This document shows positions 50,049 to 59,788 of a DNA stretch of 64,000 bases, one piece after another. The stretch's first letter is position 1; every line of letters begins with the position of its first letter. This DNA comes from a bacterium. GTDB taxonomy: Bacteria; Patescibacteriota; Dojkabacteria; JAKAPS01. The position numbers and the translations under genes are program-made. The stretch is taken from contig JAKAPS010000003.1 in the NCBI GenBank assembly GCA_021806925.1, positions 10,553-74,552 of the forward strand, in the 5' to 3' direction. The notes beneath the pieces were generated by a model. That model made no database searches and was not told where the DNA came from. It worked only from the letters and a program-made list of their open reading frames with translations.

Positions 50049-50375
50049 ATGAATTATATAGCTAAAGCAAACAAATTAACGGTATCTTATAGGAAATTGA
50101 ATAAATTTGCTGATGTTGCAAGAGGCAAAAATGTTGATTATGCACTTGCAATGTTGAAATCCATTAATAGTAGGTCTGCTGTTGAATTGTTTAAGGTTAT
50201 ACATAGTGCAAAGAGTAATGCAGAAAATAACTTTAAAGCAAATTCTGCTGATCTTGTTGTTAGAGAAATTAAAATTGGAAGAGCAAGATTGCTGAAAAGA
50301 CTAAGATTTGCATCACATTCTAAAACGGGCAAACTTCTTGTCAGGCAATCAAATATTTATGTAATATTAAATTAA
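50049..50375 (+). CDS. rplV: 50S ribosomal protein L22
   Basis: RGKNV..AL and SAKSNAENN motifs; synteny. Confidence 0.94.
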   Translation: MNYIAKANKLTVSYRKLNKFADVARGKNVDYALAMLKSINSRSAVELFKVIHSAKSNAENNFKANSADLVVREIKIGRARLLKRLRFASHSKTGKLLVRQSNIYVILN

Positions 50376-50380
50376 AAATT

Positions 50381-51025
50381 ATGGGACAAAAAATTCATCC
50401 TGTTGGTTTTAGGTTAGGTGTAAATAACACTTGGTCGTCTCTTTGGTTTGCAAATTCAAAGAATGATTATACAAAGAACCTTCATTCTGATTTAAAGGCA
50501 AGAAAATATATTGATAAGGCATTATCAAGAGCTGGTATAGGTGATGTTTTCATAAAAAGAAGCTTAAGTAATTGTCTTATAGAGATATATGTTGCTAGGC
50601 CTGGTATGGTAATTGGTAAAAATGGGAAAAACCTTGAAATATTAAAGGCTGAATTGGAAAAGATTCTAGGTGATAATATTAGAATTGAGGTTAAAGAAAT
50701 AAAAGCACCTCAACTTGATGCAAGTGTTGTTGCTCAGAATATTGTTGAAGGTATAACAAGGAGAATAAATACTAAATTTTTAGTTACAAAAGAAATGCAA
50801 AAAACTCAAGAAGCAGGTGCATTAGGATGTAAAATATGGATATCTGGTTTGATTAATGGAAGTGCTATACATAGAACAGAAAAGAAGGGATTTGGAGTTG
50901 TTCCACTTCACACTTTAAGAGCTGATATTTCATATTCTGGAAAACATGCTTTAACATATAACCATGGTGTTATGGGAGTTAAAGTTTGGATTTACAGAGG
51001 TGAAAAAAATGATTATATTATTTAA
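50381..51025 (+). CDS. rpsC: 30S ribosomal protein S3
   Basis: MGQKIHPVGFRLG, VPLHTLRADI and GVKVWIY motifs. Confidence 0.98.
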   Translation: MGQKIHPVGFRLGVNNTWSSLWFANSKNDYTKNLHSDLKARKYIDKALSRAGIGDVFIKRSLSNCLIEIYVARPGMVIGKNGKNLEILKAELEKILGDNIRIEVKEIKAPQLDASVVAQNIVEGITRRINTKFLVTKEMQKTQEAGALGCKIWISGLINGSAIHRTEKKGFGVVPLHTLRADISYSGKHALTYNHGVMGVKVWIYRGEKNDYII

Positions 51026-51030
51026 TAGTT

Positions 51031-51435
51031 ATGTTAACAGGACCAAGAAAACAAAAATTTAGGAAAAGTTATAATATTGCAATGCACGGTATTGTTTTTC
51101 AGGATATTGCATTTGGCGACTTTGGAATGAAAGTTACTAAATGTGGTTTCTTAACTGGAAATCAATTGGAAGCTGCGAGAAAAGCAATATCACATTATAC
51201 TAACAGACAAGGAAAGGTATGGATTAGAGTCTTTCCACAAGTTCCAGTAACAAAGAAGGGACAAGGTGTAAGAATGGGAAGTGGAAAAGGTGCTGTTGAA
51301 TATTTTGGGACACCTGTAAAAGTAGGTGCTATAATATTTGAAATTAGTGGAGTCTCTAGAGAAATTGCAACTGAAGCATTTAGATTAGCTGGTAACAAGT
51401 TGCCTATATCATATAAACTTGTAACTAAAATATAA
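51031..51435 (+). CDS. rplP: 50S ribosomal protein L16
   Basis: WIRVFP and RMGSGKG motifs. Confidence 0.98.
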   Translation: MLTGPRKQKFRKSYNIAMHGIVFQDIAFGDFGMKVTKCGFLTGNQLEAARKAISHYTNRQGKVWIRVFPQVPVTKKGQGVRMGSGKGAVEYFGTPVKVGAIIFEISGVSREIATEAFRLAGNKLPISYKLVTKI

Positions 51436-51450
51436 AGAAAGAGTATACAT

Positions 51451-51660
51451 ATGGTAAACATTAAAGATCTTAGGAAAGAAAATATAGATTCATTAAGAAA
51501 TAGACTTAAGGATTTAGAAAAGGAAATATTAAACACCTTATTTGATATTAAAACAGGAAAATCTAAAAATACTGCACAGTTGAGATCCTTAAAGAAGGAT
51601 TATGCAAGAGTTTTAACTGTTATTTCTGAATTAGAAACTATTAAGGAATATGCAAAATAA
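51451..51660 (+). CDS. rpmC: 50S ribosomal protein L29
   Basis: LKKDYARVLTV motif; synteny. Confidence 0.93.
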   Translation: MVNIKDLRKENIDSLRNRLKDLEKEILNTLFDIKTGKSKNTAQLRSLKKDYARVLTVISELETIKEYAK

Positions 51661-51874
51661 AAAAATTATTTCAGGGGTCGTTGTTTCAAATAAGATGACT
51701 GGTAGTGTTGTTGTAAAAATTTCAACAAGGAGTAAACATCCTATTTATGGTAAAATTATTACAAGAGGAAAAAAATTTATGGCATCTTGTAAGAATCCTG
51801 TAAATATTGGTGATCTTGTAAAAATTGAAGAAACTAAAAAGGCTTCAAAATTAAAACATTGGAGGGTAATATAA
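51650..51874 (+). CDS. rpsQ: 30S ribosomal protein S17
   Basis: GVVVSNKM, HPIYGK and GDLV.IEE..K.SK.KHW motifs. Confidence 0.95.
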   Translation: MQNKKIISGVVVSNKMTGSVVVKISTRSKHPIYGKIITRGKKFMASCKNPVNIGDLVKIEETKKASKLKHWRVI

Positions 51875-51875
51875 A

Positions 51876-52247
51876 ATGGTTCAATTATTAAGTGTATTGG
51901 TGTGTGCTGATAATACTGGAGCAAAGTCTCTAAGGATAATAGGTAAACTAGGTGGCACAAGGAATGATATTCTATCAGTTGGAGATATTATAAGTTGCGT
52001 CGTTCATAGAGGAAGTAGTCAAGCTCAAATTAAAACTCATGAAAAAGTAAAAGCTATTGTTATAAGGACAAAAAAAGAAATAAAAAGAGCTGATGGGTCA
52101 TATATTAGATTTGGTGATAATGCAGCAGTAATTATTGATATTAAGTCTAAAGAACCTAAGGGTACAGCAATTTTTGGGCCAGTTGCAAGAGAATTGCGTG
52201 ATAAAGGGTTTTTGAAGCTTGTTAGTTTAGCAGATGAAGTATTATGA
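51876..52247 (+). CDS. rplN: 50S ribosomal protein L14
   Basis: ADNTGAK, RFGDNAAV and FGPVARELR motifs. Confidence 0.98.
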   Translation: MVQLLSVLVCADNTGAKSLRIIGKLGGTRNDILSVGDIISCVVHRGSSQAQIKTHEKVKAIVIRTKKEIKRADGSYIRFGDNAAVIIDIKSKEPKGTAIFGPVARELRDKGFLKLVSLADEVL

Positions 52248-52531
52248 AAATTAAAAAAGGAGATAAAGTACTTGTCATTGCTGGTAAGTCAAAAGGTAAA
52301 ACCAGTCAAGTTTCAAAGGTAGTTAAAAGTAAAAATATGGTAATGGTTGATGACGTTAATATTTTTATAAAGCATGTCAAAGGACAGGGTAAGGTTGCTT
52401 TGCAGAAGCCTATATCAAGTTCTAACGTAAAAGTTATTTGTCAATCATGCTCTAAGCCTTCACGAATAGGCTTCAAAATAGAAAATAATAAAAAAGTAAG
52501 ATATTGTAGGAATTGTAATGCAATCATCTGA
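52244..52531 (+). CDS. rplX: 50S ribosomal protein L24
   Basis: KIKKGDKVLVIAGKSKGK KOW motif; two CxxC motifs. Confidence 0.96.
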   Translation: MKIKKGDKVLVIAGKSKGKTSQVSKVVKSKNMVMVDDVNIFIKHVKGQGKVALQKPISSSNVKVICQSCSKPSRIGFKIENNKKVRYCRNCNAII

Positions 52532-53261
52532 TGTGTATTTATTTGCTGGAAGGAATTTGCTAGAGGAAAGTTTGAAATCTGGGCATTTAAAGTCTGTTTA
52601 TTTTAGTAGCTCTTTTAAAAATTTATTGCCTGCTAGGCTTGCAAAAATCGTTCACTTACTTGAGAAGAAACATATTAGTATAAGTTTTGAGGATAAAAGA
52701 TTTTTTGATTCTTTTGAAAAAAAGTATAATACAACAACTGAAGGAGTTATTTTTAAAACTAGTGTTCCTAGGATTTCTCTTGATGAAGTAATGTCATCTG
52801 AGGACAATAGTGATTCTCTTATATGTTTTGTTGATGATCTAACATTTTCTGCAAATATGGGGAGTATATTAAGAAGTGCAAGTGCGTTCGGAGTAAAAGC
52901 TTTGGTTATATCTTCGTCTTCAAAGTTAACATTAAATCAGGAAGTTGCTAGATATTCAATGGGCGGAATATTTTATGTACCCGTAATACATGAAAGCACA
53001 TACGCTTTTCTAGATAAAGCTAAAAGGAATGGGTATAATATAATAGGATTTGATATTAATCAAACTTTATTATATAATACTGACAGCTACACGAGTAAGG
53101 ATGTTTTGTTTTTTGGTGGTGAAAGTAAAGGTATATCACCAAACGTAAGAAATAAAATGAATCGTGTTTTAGCGATACCAATGAGTAATACTGTTCAGTC
53201 ATTGAATGTGTCTGTTACAGTTGGAATCATATTGAGTTATAGATATAGTATAAATGTCTGA
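52518..53261 (+). CDS. SpoU/TrmH-family RNA methyltransferase (RlmB-like)
   Basis: NMGSILRSA, GGESKGIS and IPM..VQSLNVSV SPOUT motifs, plus an N-terminal substrate-binding domain. Confidence 0.92.
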   Translation: MQSSDVYLFAGRNLLEESLKSGHLKSVYFSSSFKNLLPARLAKIVHLLEKKHISISFEDKRFFDSFEKKYNTTTEGVIFKTSVPRISLDEVMSSEDNSDSLICFVDDLTFSANMGSILRSASAFGVKALVISSSSKLTLNQEVARYSMGGIFYVPVIHESTYAFLDKAKRNGYNIIGFDINQTLLYNTDSYTSKDVLFFGGESKGISPNVRNKMNRVLAIPMSNTVQSLNVSVTVGIILSYRYSINV

Positions 53262-53799
53262 TCTAAGAGAAAAATATAACAAGGAAATAAAGAAAGAACT
53301 TAAATCTGTTTTAGGACTTTCAAATATTATGGCTGTTCCAGCATTGAAAGCAATTACTGTAAATGCTGGGTTAGGTGCAAGCTTAACAAATGCAAAAATA
53401 ATGGAAGTTGTTCTTTCATTTTTCACTGATATAACTGGTCAAAAGCCAGTTGTAACAAGAGCTAGAAAAGCAATTTCAAACTTTAAAATAAGGGAGGGTA
53501 TGCCAATTGGTGCTAAAGTTACATTGAGAGGTGAAAATATGTGGATGTTCTTTGAGAAATTTGTGAATATTGTAGTTCCTAGAATTAAGGATTTTAGAGG
53601 TTTTGATACTAAATCCTTTGATGGAAAAGGTGGATACAGTATTGGTATTAAAGACCATACTATATTTCCTGAAATAGATCCAAACGTAATTGAAAAAATG
53701 AGTAGTTTTGAGATAACATTTCAAACAACAGGAAAGAATAAAGAAGAAACTGAAACTCTTCTTAGATCTTTAGGTTTACCTTTAAAGAAAAATGGCTAA
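53254..53799 (+). CDS. rplE: 50S ribosomal protein L5
   Basis: ITGQKP, NFKIREG, VTLRG and PRIKDFRG motifs. Confidence 0.98.
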   Translation: MSDLREKYNKEIKKELKSVLGLSNIMAVPALKAITVNAGLGASLTNAKIMEVVLSFFTDITGQKPVVTRARKAISNFKIREGMPIGAKVTLRGENMWMFFEKFVNIVVPRIKDFRGFDTKSFDGKGGYSIGIKDHTIFPEIDPNVIEKMSSFEITFQTTGKNKEETETLLRSLGLPLKKNG

Positions 53800-53986
53800 A
53801 AAATCACAAGTTGTTAAGCAACAAAGACTTAAATTGAAATCTAAATACAGTTCAAGGGTTTACAACAGATGTTTAATTTGCGGTAGGCGTCATGGTTTTA
53901 TGAGGGATTTTAATATGTGTCGTATTTGTTTTAGAAATAATAGTCACCTTGGGTTTATAACAGGTGTTACAAAATCTTCATGGTAA
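53792..53986 (+). CDS. rpsN: 30S ribosomal protein S14, zinc-binding type
   Basis: RCLICGR, CRICFR and KSSW motifs. Confidence 0.97.
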   Translation: MAKKSQVVKQQRLKLKSKYSSRVYNRCLICGRRHGFMRDFNMCRICFRNNSHLGFITGVTKSSW

Positions 53987-53995
53987 AATATAATT

Positions 53996-54388
53996 ATGGA
54001 TACAAAATCTGATTTATTAACAAGAATTCGTAATGCAATTATGAGGAACTTTAAGTATGTTGAAGCTCCATATTCAAAATTGAGTGAGAGAATATTAGAG
54101 ATTTTGGCTGATGAGAAATTTATTGATGGATATGAAATTCTTGAAGATCAGTCTACGAAATTCAATTCATTTAATATAAAACTTAGATATGTTAACGGAC
54201 GAAGTGCAATTGAGTCTTTGAAAGTCATAAGTAAACCAGGTCTTAGAAAATATGTTCAATATAAGGATTTAAAGAGCCTAAGGGGAAATACTGGGATTTA
54301 TATTATCTCTACTTCTAAAGGAGTTCTTGCTGATAGAAAAGCTAAAGAGCTTAAAGTTGGAGGAGAGTTACTTTGTAGTGTATATTAA
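53996..54388 (+). CDS. rpsH: 30S ribosomal protein S8
   Basis: DLLTRIRNA, ISKPGLR, STSKG and GGELLC motifs. Confidence 0.98.
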   Translation: MDTKSDLLTRIRNAIMRNFKYVEAPYSKLSERILEILADEKFIDGYEILEDQSTKFNSFNIKLRYVNGRSAIESLKVISKPGLRKYVQYKDLKSLRGNTGIYIISTSKGVLADRKAKELKVGGELLCSVY

Positions 54389-54391
54389 AAT

Positions 54392-54958
54392 ATGTCTAGA
54401 ATAGGAAGGCAACCAATTAAAGTTCCAAATAGTGTTAAGATAGTTATTAGTGAGGATGGTCGCAACTTAGTTGCTACTGGTTCACTAGGTGAGTTATCAG
54501 TACCTATAAGTAGTCACTGTAATGTAACAATAGATAAGGATAATACATGTTTAGTCACTTTGTCAGATGAGAAATTTATAGATAATCCAGAGTATAAGGC
54601 TATGTGGGGACTTACTAGGGCACTTATAAACAATGCTATTATAGGTGTATCAGAGGGATTTAAGAAGGAATTAGAAATTAGAGGTATTGGTTACAGAGCT
54701 CAAATGAGCGGTGATGATATTATTTTCTCACTTGGGTATTCGCATCAAATTACTTTTAAGAAGGTTGATGGAGTTTCATTTAGTGTTACTGATAATACTC
54801 ATGTTTTTGTAAGTGGAATAAGCAAGGAGTTAGTCGGTGAAGTTTCTGCAAGAATAAGAAAGCTAAGAAAACCTGAACCATATAAAGGTAAAGGTGTTAG
54901 ATATAAAGATGAAGTTGTACGTAAAAAAATAAGTAAAGGTACAAAAGCTAAAAAGTAA
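54392..54958 (+). CDS. rplF: 50S ribosomal protein L6
   Basis: MSRIG and PEPYKGKG motifs. Confidence 0.98.
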   Translation: MSRIGRQPIKVPNSVKIVISEDGRNLVATGSLGELSVPISSHCNVTIDKDNTCLVTLSDEKFIDNPEYKAMWGLTRALINNAIIGVSEGFKKELEIRGIGYRAQMSGDDIIFSLGYSHQITFKKVDGVSFSVTDNTHVFVSGISKELVGEVSARIRKLRKPEPYKGKGVRYKDEVVRKKISKGTKAKK

Positions 54959-54967
54959 AATATTATT

Positions 54968-55366
54968 ATGTTAAAGAAAATATTAAAAAAGCATAAAAGA
55001 GTACGAGGAAAGATTTCAGGTACTTCTGAAGTGCCAAGGGTTTCTGTATATAAGTCTATAAGATATATGTATGTACAACTTATTGATGATGAGAAAAGTG
55101 TATCCATGTATGGATTGTCTGATAAAGTTTTGACTAAGAAGAATAATGTAGATGAGGAAAAAGGAGAAAAAGGTAGTAAGAAAAATAGTAAGATAGTTAA
55201 TAAGCAAAATAAAACTGATAGATCATATCAGTTAGGTCTGGATTTTGGTAAACATGTTATTTCTCTCGGTTTTAAAAAAGTTTGCTTTGATAGAGGGGGA
55301 CATGCTTATCATGGAAGAATAGCATCATTTGCTAAAGGTGCAAGAGATGCTGGTTTAATATTTTAA
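54968..55366 (+). CDS. rplR: 50S ribosomal protein L18 with a charged internal insertion
   Basis: PRVSVYKS, QLIDD, FDRGG..YHGR and ARDAGLIF motifs. Confidence 0.96.
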   Translation: MLKKILKKHKRVRGKISGTSEVPRVSVYKSIRYMYVQLIDDEKSVSMYGLSDKVLTKKNNVDEEKGEKGSKKNSKIVNKQNKTDRSYQLGLDFGKHVISLGFKKVCFDRGGHAYHGRIASFAKGARDAGLIF

Positions 55367-55371
55367 TAGAT

Positions 55372-55920
55372 ATGGACAAAAATCAACAACAACATGAACA
55401 AGGTGTTACAAGACTTTTTAGTCAAGCACCTGCAACTGGAAATCAAAGAAATAGAAATATTCCTTTTCAACAACCTAAAGCTCAATCTGATTTTGATCAG
55501 GTTGTTATATCTACAAGGAGGGTTGCTAAAGTTACAAAAGGTCGTAAGAGATTGAGATTCACCGCAGTAGTTGCTATAGGTAATAAACAAGGACGTGTTG
55601 GAATTGGAATTGGTAGGGGGGGAGATCCGAAGCTTGCTATTGAAAAGGGCGGTAGGAATGCTAAGAAGAATTTAATTAGTGTAGTTATATCAAAAACAAC
55701 AATCCCTCATAACATTGATATGAAGTTTAAAGGGGCAAAAATTAGATTGAAACCTGCAAAAGAAGGTTCAGGTATTATTGCTGGTAGCTGTGTTAGAATA
55801 ATAGCTGAGTTAGCAGGTATAAAAGATTTGAGAGGCAAGATCTTAGGGTCACCAAATAAAACAGCAAATGCATATGCAATGATCAATGCATTATCTTTAT
55901 TAAGAGATAAAAGAATATGA
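55372..55920 (+). CDS. rpsE: 30S ribosomal protein S5
   Basis: RVAKVTKG, PAKEGSGIIAG and ELAGIKD motifs. Confidence 0.97.
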   Translation: MDKNQQQHEQGVTRLFSQAPATGNQRNRNIPFQQPKAQSDFDQVVISTRRVAKVTKGRKRLRFTAVVAIGNKQGRVGIGIGRGGDPKLAIEKGGRNAKKNLISVVISKTTIPHNIDMKFKGAKIRLKPAKEGSGIIAGSCVRIIAELAGIKDLRGKILGSPNKTANAYAMINALSLLRDKRI

Positions 55921-56357
55921 ATTTAAACTACTTAAGTAAAATAACAGACAGAAGGGGCAAAAGAGTTGGCAGAGGAATTGGCTCAGGAAAAGGCGGTCAT
56001 ACAGTAGGAAGAGGAGTCAAAGGACAGAAGTCAAGAAGCGGATACCATAAGAGAGCTATGTTTGAAGGTGGTCAGAATCCGTTAGCTATGAGAATTCCTC
56101 ATTCAAAGGGATTTAAAAAACACATAAAGAAGAATATTGAAATTGTATATTTATTTACTCTGGAATGTTTCAATGCAGGTGATACTGTTAATGTTGATGA
56201 ATTATTCAAGAGAGGTTTAATTAGAGGCACTGGAAGTCCAAAGATTCTCAATAAAGGAAATATATCAAAAAGTTTGAATATTGAAAATATTTCTGTTTCC
56301 GAAGGAGTAAAGGAAAAAATTGAGAGTATGGGAGGTAGTGTTAAATGGACTATTTAA
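55917..56357 (+). CDS. rplO: 50S ribosomal protein L15
   Basis: RVGRGIGSGKG, GQKSRSG and FEGGQ motifs. Confidence 0.98.
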   Translation: MNLNYLSKITDRRGKRVGRGIGSGKGGHTVGRGVKGQKSRSGYHKRAMFEGGQNPLAMRIPHSKGFKKHIKKNIEIVYLFTLECFNAGDTVNVDELFKRGLIRGTGSPKILNKGNISKSLNIENISVSEGVKEKIESMGGSVKWTI

Positions 56358-57607
56358 ATTTATTTAAAAAAGTATTTTCTAATCCTGTATTAAGGAATAA
56401 AATATTCTATACTTTATTTATTCTTGTTATTTTTAGAATTTTAGCTAATATCCCAACTGCGGATGTTAACACTCAGGCATTGAGTAATATATTTAATCAG
56501 AATCAATTTCTTGGACTTGTTAATGTTCTTTCAGGTGGTTCCTATGCTAATTTTGCTTTAATTGCTTTAGGCATCGCTCCATATGTTATTGTTAGCTCAA
56601 TACTTCCATTTATGAGAACTGTGATTCCTAAGATTGATGAAATGTACCAGAATGGAAATGAAGGGCAAAGGCAAATAGTTATGATATCAAGATATCTTAC
56701 GTTTCCTTTCGCTGTTATACAAGCTATAGCAGTTTATCTATTTTTGCAATCTCAAGGTTTAATATATTCTACAGCTTTCTTACAGGTTATGACATTTATT
56801 GTGTCAACTGTTGCTGGAACATTTCTTTTACTATGGTTGAGTGAGAATATTTCTGAAGATGGAGTTGGACAAGGAGTGTCATTCATTATAGCTGTTAACA
56901 TATTGTCTATAATACCTCACGCCTTAGTAGCATATTTTTCGACTCAGAATTTTAATTTTATTAATGTTATTGTGCTTGTTGTAGTTATATTTCTTTTACT
57001 TTATTTTGTTACACTTTACTCTCTATCATTAAGAAAAATTCCAACAAGGTACTCTGGTAAAGTAGTTCAATCAAATGATTCATATATATCAATACCTGTA
57101 GGAGCAATGAGTGTTATGCCTCCTTATTTTGGTAATATTGTATATTCAGGTGTGCTAAAGCTTTTACAATTGCTTTCTCTTGCAAATAACGCAAGTGTAA
57201 GAAGTGTTAGCAATGCAATTAATAATTACATTGCACCAGTTAGTTCATCTGTTGTTATTCTTATTATATTTACATTTATAATTTCGTATCTATACGTTGG
57301 ATTTGCCTATGACTATAAAGGGCAGGCTAAATCACTTCAAAAGGGTGGTGTATTTATTCCTGGTATAAGACCTGGAACAAGTAGTGAGATATATATTGGT
57401 ACAATTCTGTACAGGGTTGTATTTTACGGAGCAGTATTTCTTTCCATTTTTTCAATTACTCCAACACTTTTGAATACAACATTTCCAAGCCTTAGCTATG
57501 CTATATCAGGAGTTGGATTAGTTATTATTGTTGGAACATTTATTCAAATAGTAGATAATTTTAGATCACAGGTGTCAACATTCTCATATGATAAATTCAT
57601 AAGATAG
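56345..57607 (+). CDS. secY: Preprotein translocase subunit SecY
   Basis: ALGIAPY, GVGQGVS and FIPGIRPG motifs; about 10 TM helices. Confidence 0.96.
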   Translation: MDYLNLFKKVFSNPVLRNKIFYTLFILVIFRILANIPTADVNTQALSNIFNQNQFLGLVNVLSGGSYANFALIALGIAPYVIVSSILPFMRTVIPKIDEMYQNGNEGQRQIVMISRYLTFPFAVIQAIAVYLFLQSQGLIYSTAFLQVMTFIVSTVAGTFLLLWLSENISEDGVGQGVSFIIAVNILSIIPHALVAYFSTQNFNFINVIVLVVVIFLLLYFVTLYSLSLRKIPTRYSGKVVQSNDSYISIPVGAMSVMPPYFGNIVYSGVLKLLQLLSLANNASVRSVSNAINNYIAPVSSSVVILIIFTFIISYLYVGFAYDYKGQAKSLQKGGVFIPGIRPGTSSEIYIGTILYRVVFYGAVFLSIFSITPTLLNTTFPSLSYAISGVGLVIIVGTFIQIVDNFRSQVSTFSYDKFIR

Positions 57608-57608
57608 T

Positions 57609-57637
57609 TTGATATATACCAACTTTTTTGCTATCCT
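57609..57637 (+). promoter_or_regulatory. Putative promoter for adk-map
   Basis: TTGATA, 17 bp spacer, TGnTATCCT. Confidence 0.5.
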
Positions 57638-57650
57638 TTATATATAAATT

Positions 57651-58244
57651 ATGATGGTTTTATTTTTAATTGGTCCTTCTGCATGTGGGAAGGGTACTCA
57701 GGCAGGGCTACTATCTGAAAGGTATAATCTTGAACACATAAGTGTAGGTGATTTACTGAGAAGCGAGGTTGATAGAAAAACTGAAATTGGTTTAGAGGTT
57801 GAACCAGTATTAAAAGCAGGACATTTTGTTGAAGGAAATATAATATATAAGTTGTTGCATGAAAAGACTGAAAAACTATTTGATGAGGGAAAAGGTATTA
57901 TAATAGATGGTTTTCCAAGGCTATATTCACAAGCCGAAGCTTCAGAGAAATTTATAAGGCATGGAGTTTATTTTAAGGTCATTTTATATTCATTAGATAT
58001 GGAAGAATGTAAAAGAAGACTTGAAAATAGGTTTAGTACTGGAGGACAAAGAGCTGATGACAATGTATTAACTGAAAGGGAGAAATCATTCTTTCAGGAT
58101 ATTGATAGAATTAAGAAGTATTATTCATTAAGAGGTCAAATGCTGGAAATAAACGCAAAGCCATCAATAGAAGATATTTTTCTTCAAACAACAATGTTAA
58201 TTGATAATGATATGATTAAAGAGAATATTTTTTATAATGAATAA
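57651..58244 (+). CDS. adk: Adenylate kinase (short LID)
   Basis: GPSACGKGTQ, HISVGDLLR, DGFPR and RADD motifs. Confidence 0.93.
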   Translation: MMVLFLIGPSACGKGTQAGLLSERYNLEHISVGDLLRSEVDRKTEIGLEVEPVLKAGHFVEGNIIYKLLHEKTEKLFDEGKGIIIDGFPRLYSQAEASEKFIRHGVYFKVILYSLDMEECKRRLENRFSTGGQRADDNVLTEREKSFFQDIDRIKKYYSLRGQMLEINAKPSIEDIFLQTTMLIDNDMIKENIFYNE

Positions 58245-58977
58245 AAATATAGACAACATGAGAATAGCTGGTAAGGCATTGAGAAGGATTCTTGATGAAT
58301 TGATTAAATATTCAGTACCAGGGAGAAATCTGTTAGAGATAGAGAGTTATGCTAGGACACTTTGTGAAAAGGAAAATGTTAAACCAGAGTGTCTTAATTA
58401 CCATGGATATCCAGCAGTTCTATGTCTAAATCATAATAATACATTACAACATGGAATTCCACGTGATGTAATTCTAAAATCTGGGGATACTCTTGGAATT
58501 GATACTGTTGTAAGTTATATGGGAGATATGGCGGATGCAGCTAATACAATTCCAATAGGAGAAGCAGATTCTGATAAACGGATGTTTCTAAAAAGTGTGA
58601 AATATGCAATGGATAAGGCAATTGCTATAGTTAAGCCTGGAGTAAAAATTAGTAGTTTAACGAAAATAATGGACGGTGTTTTAAGGGCAAATGCTTATGA
58701 CCCTAGTAGCGTTTTCACTGGTCATGGTATTGGTAGAAAAATGCATGAATTCCCAGAAATTCCATGTTCAATAGAAATATGTTTTGGAAAAAGCTGCCAA
58801 TATGTATTAAAGAAAGATGATACTATAGCTATTGAAGTTATTGCTTCAATGGGCAATAGTGATGTAGATATATTGAAAGATGGGTGGACAGCTGTTACAA
58901 AGGACAATAGTAGGGGAGGGCATTTTGAGCATACTGTCTTAGTTACAGAAAAGGGGTATGAAATTTTGACTCTTTGA
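58237..58977 (+). CDS. map: Type I methionine aminopeptidase
   Basis: HGIP, GHGIG..MHE.P, AIE and HFEHT motifs. Confidence 0.95.
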   Translation: MNKNIDNMRIAGKALRRILDELIKYSVPGRNLLEIESYARTLCEKENVKPECLNYHGYPAVLCLNHNNTLQHGIPRDVILKSGDTLGIDTVVSYMGDMADAANTIPIGEADSDKRMFLKSVKYAMDKAIAIVKPGVKISSLTKIMDGVLRANAYDPSSVFTGHGIGRKMHEFPEIPCSIEICFGKSCQYVLKKDDTIAIEVIASMGNSDVDILKDGWTAVTKDNSRGGHFEHTVLVTEKGYEILTL

Positions 58978-58994
58978 ATTATTCCTGCTATAAT
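58966..58994 (+). promoter_or_regulatory. Strong sigma70 promoter for infA-rpmJ-rpsM-rpsK-rpoA-rplQ
   Basis: TTGACT 58966-58971, 17 bp spacer, TGC-TATAAT (-10 at 58989-58994). Confidence 0.7.
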
Positions 58995-59006
58995 TCAAAT
59001 TGTTAG

Positions 59007-59222
59007 ATGAAGACAGATAAGTATGAGGTCGAGGCTGTAGTTGTTGATGTTTTGCCTGGTATGAAGTATAGAGTAAAGGTAAAGGGTACAGATCATACTC
59101 TTGTGTGTTATCCGGCTGGTAAAATGAGAATTCATTTTATCAAACTTTCCGAAGGGGATAACGTAAGGATTGAAATTAGTAAATATGATTTAAATAATGG
59201 TCGTATAATTAGACGATTATAA
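59007..59222 (+). CDS. infA: Translation initiation factor IF-1
   Basis: LPG..YRV, GKMR..FI and GD.V..E.S.YDL..GRI motifs. Confidence 0.96.
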   Translation: MKTDKYEVEAVVVDVLPGMKYRVKVKGTDHTLVCYPAGKMRIHFIKLSEGDNVRIEISKYDLNNGRIIRRL

Positions 59223-59240
59223 CAAAAATAATATTATAAT

Positions 59241-59357
59241 ATGAAATTAAAATCTTCAATAAAAAAAAGGTGTAAACACTGTTATCTTGTGAAGAGAGAA
59301 GGTGTTCTATTTATTTATTGTAAGGTAAATCCAAAACATAAAATGAGACAAGGTTAA
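59241..59357 (+). CDS. rpmJ: 50S ribosomal protein L36 (38 aa, not in the ORF track)
   Basis: [38 protein letters not shown]. Confidence 0.96.
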   Translation: MKLKSSIKKRCKHCYLVKREGVLFIYCKVNPKHKMRQG

Positions 59358-59360
59358 TTT

Positions 59361-59774
59361 ATGACAACAAATAATAATGTATATAACAATGTTAGGATAG
59401 CTGGTATAGATATTCCTGCAAATAAGAAGATTCAAGTTGCATTAACAAGTATCTATGGAATTGGTTTATCCCTAGCAAAAAAAGTTTTAGATGAGACCCA
59501 TATAAAATTATCAAAAAGAACAAAGGATTTAACTGAGAATGAAATTATCTCATTGAGAAAAGTTATAGAGTCTGATACATTAAAAGTAGAAGGTGAATTG
59601 AGGCAAATAATATTTCAAAACAAGAAGAGATTGAAAGATATAAAGTGTTATAGAGGTATAAGACATAAGGTTGGTTTACCTGTAAGAGGACAAAGAACTA
59701 AAAGCAATGCTAGAACCGTAAAAGGTAAAGCTGTTGCAGTTGGTGGTCTAAAAAGGAAAATAGAGAAAAAATAA
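59361..59774 (+). CDS. rpsM: 30S ribosomal protein S13
   Basis: RIAG, IYGIG and YRGIRH..GLPVRGQRTK.NART motifs. Confidence 0.98.
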   Translation: MTTNNNVYNNVRIAGIDIPANKKIQVALTSIYGIGLSLAKKVLDETHIKLSKRTKDLTENEIISLRKVIESDTLKVEGELRQIIFQNKKRLKDIKCYRGIRHKVGLPVRGQRTKSNARTVKGKAVAVGGLKRKIEKK

Positions 59775-59788
59775 ATAAATAAATAAAA

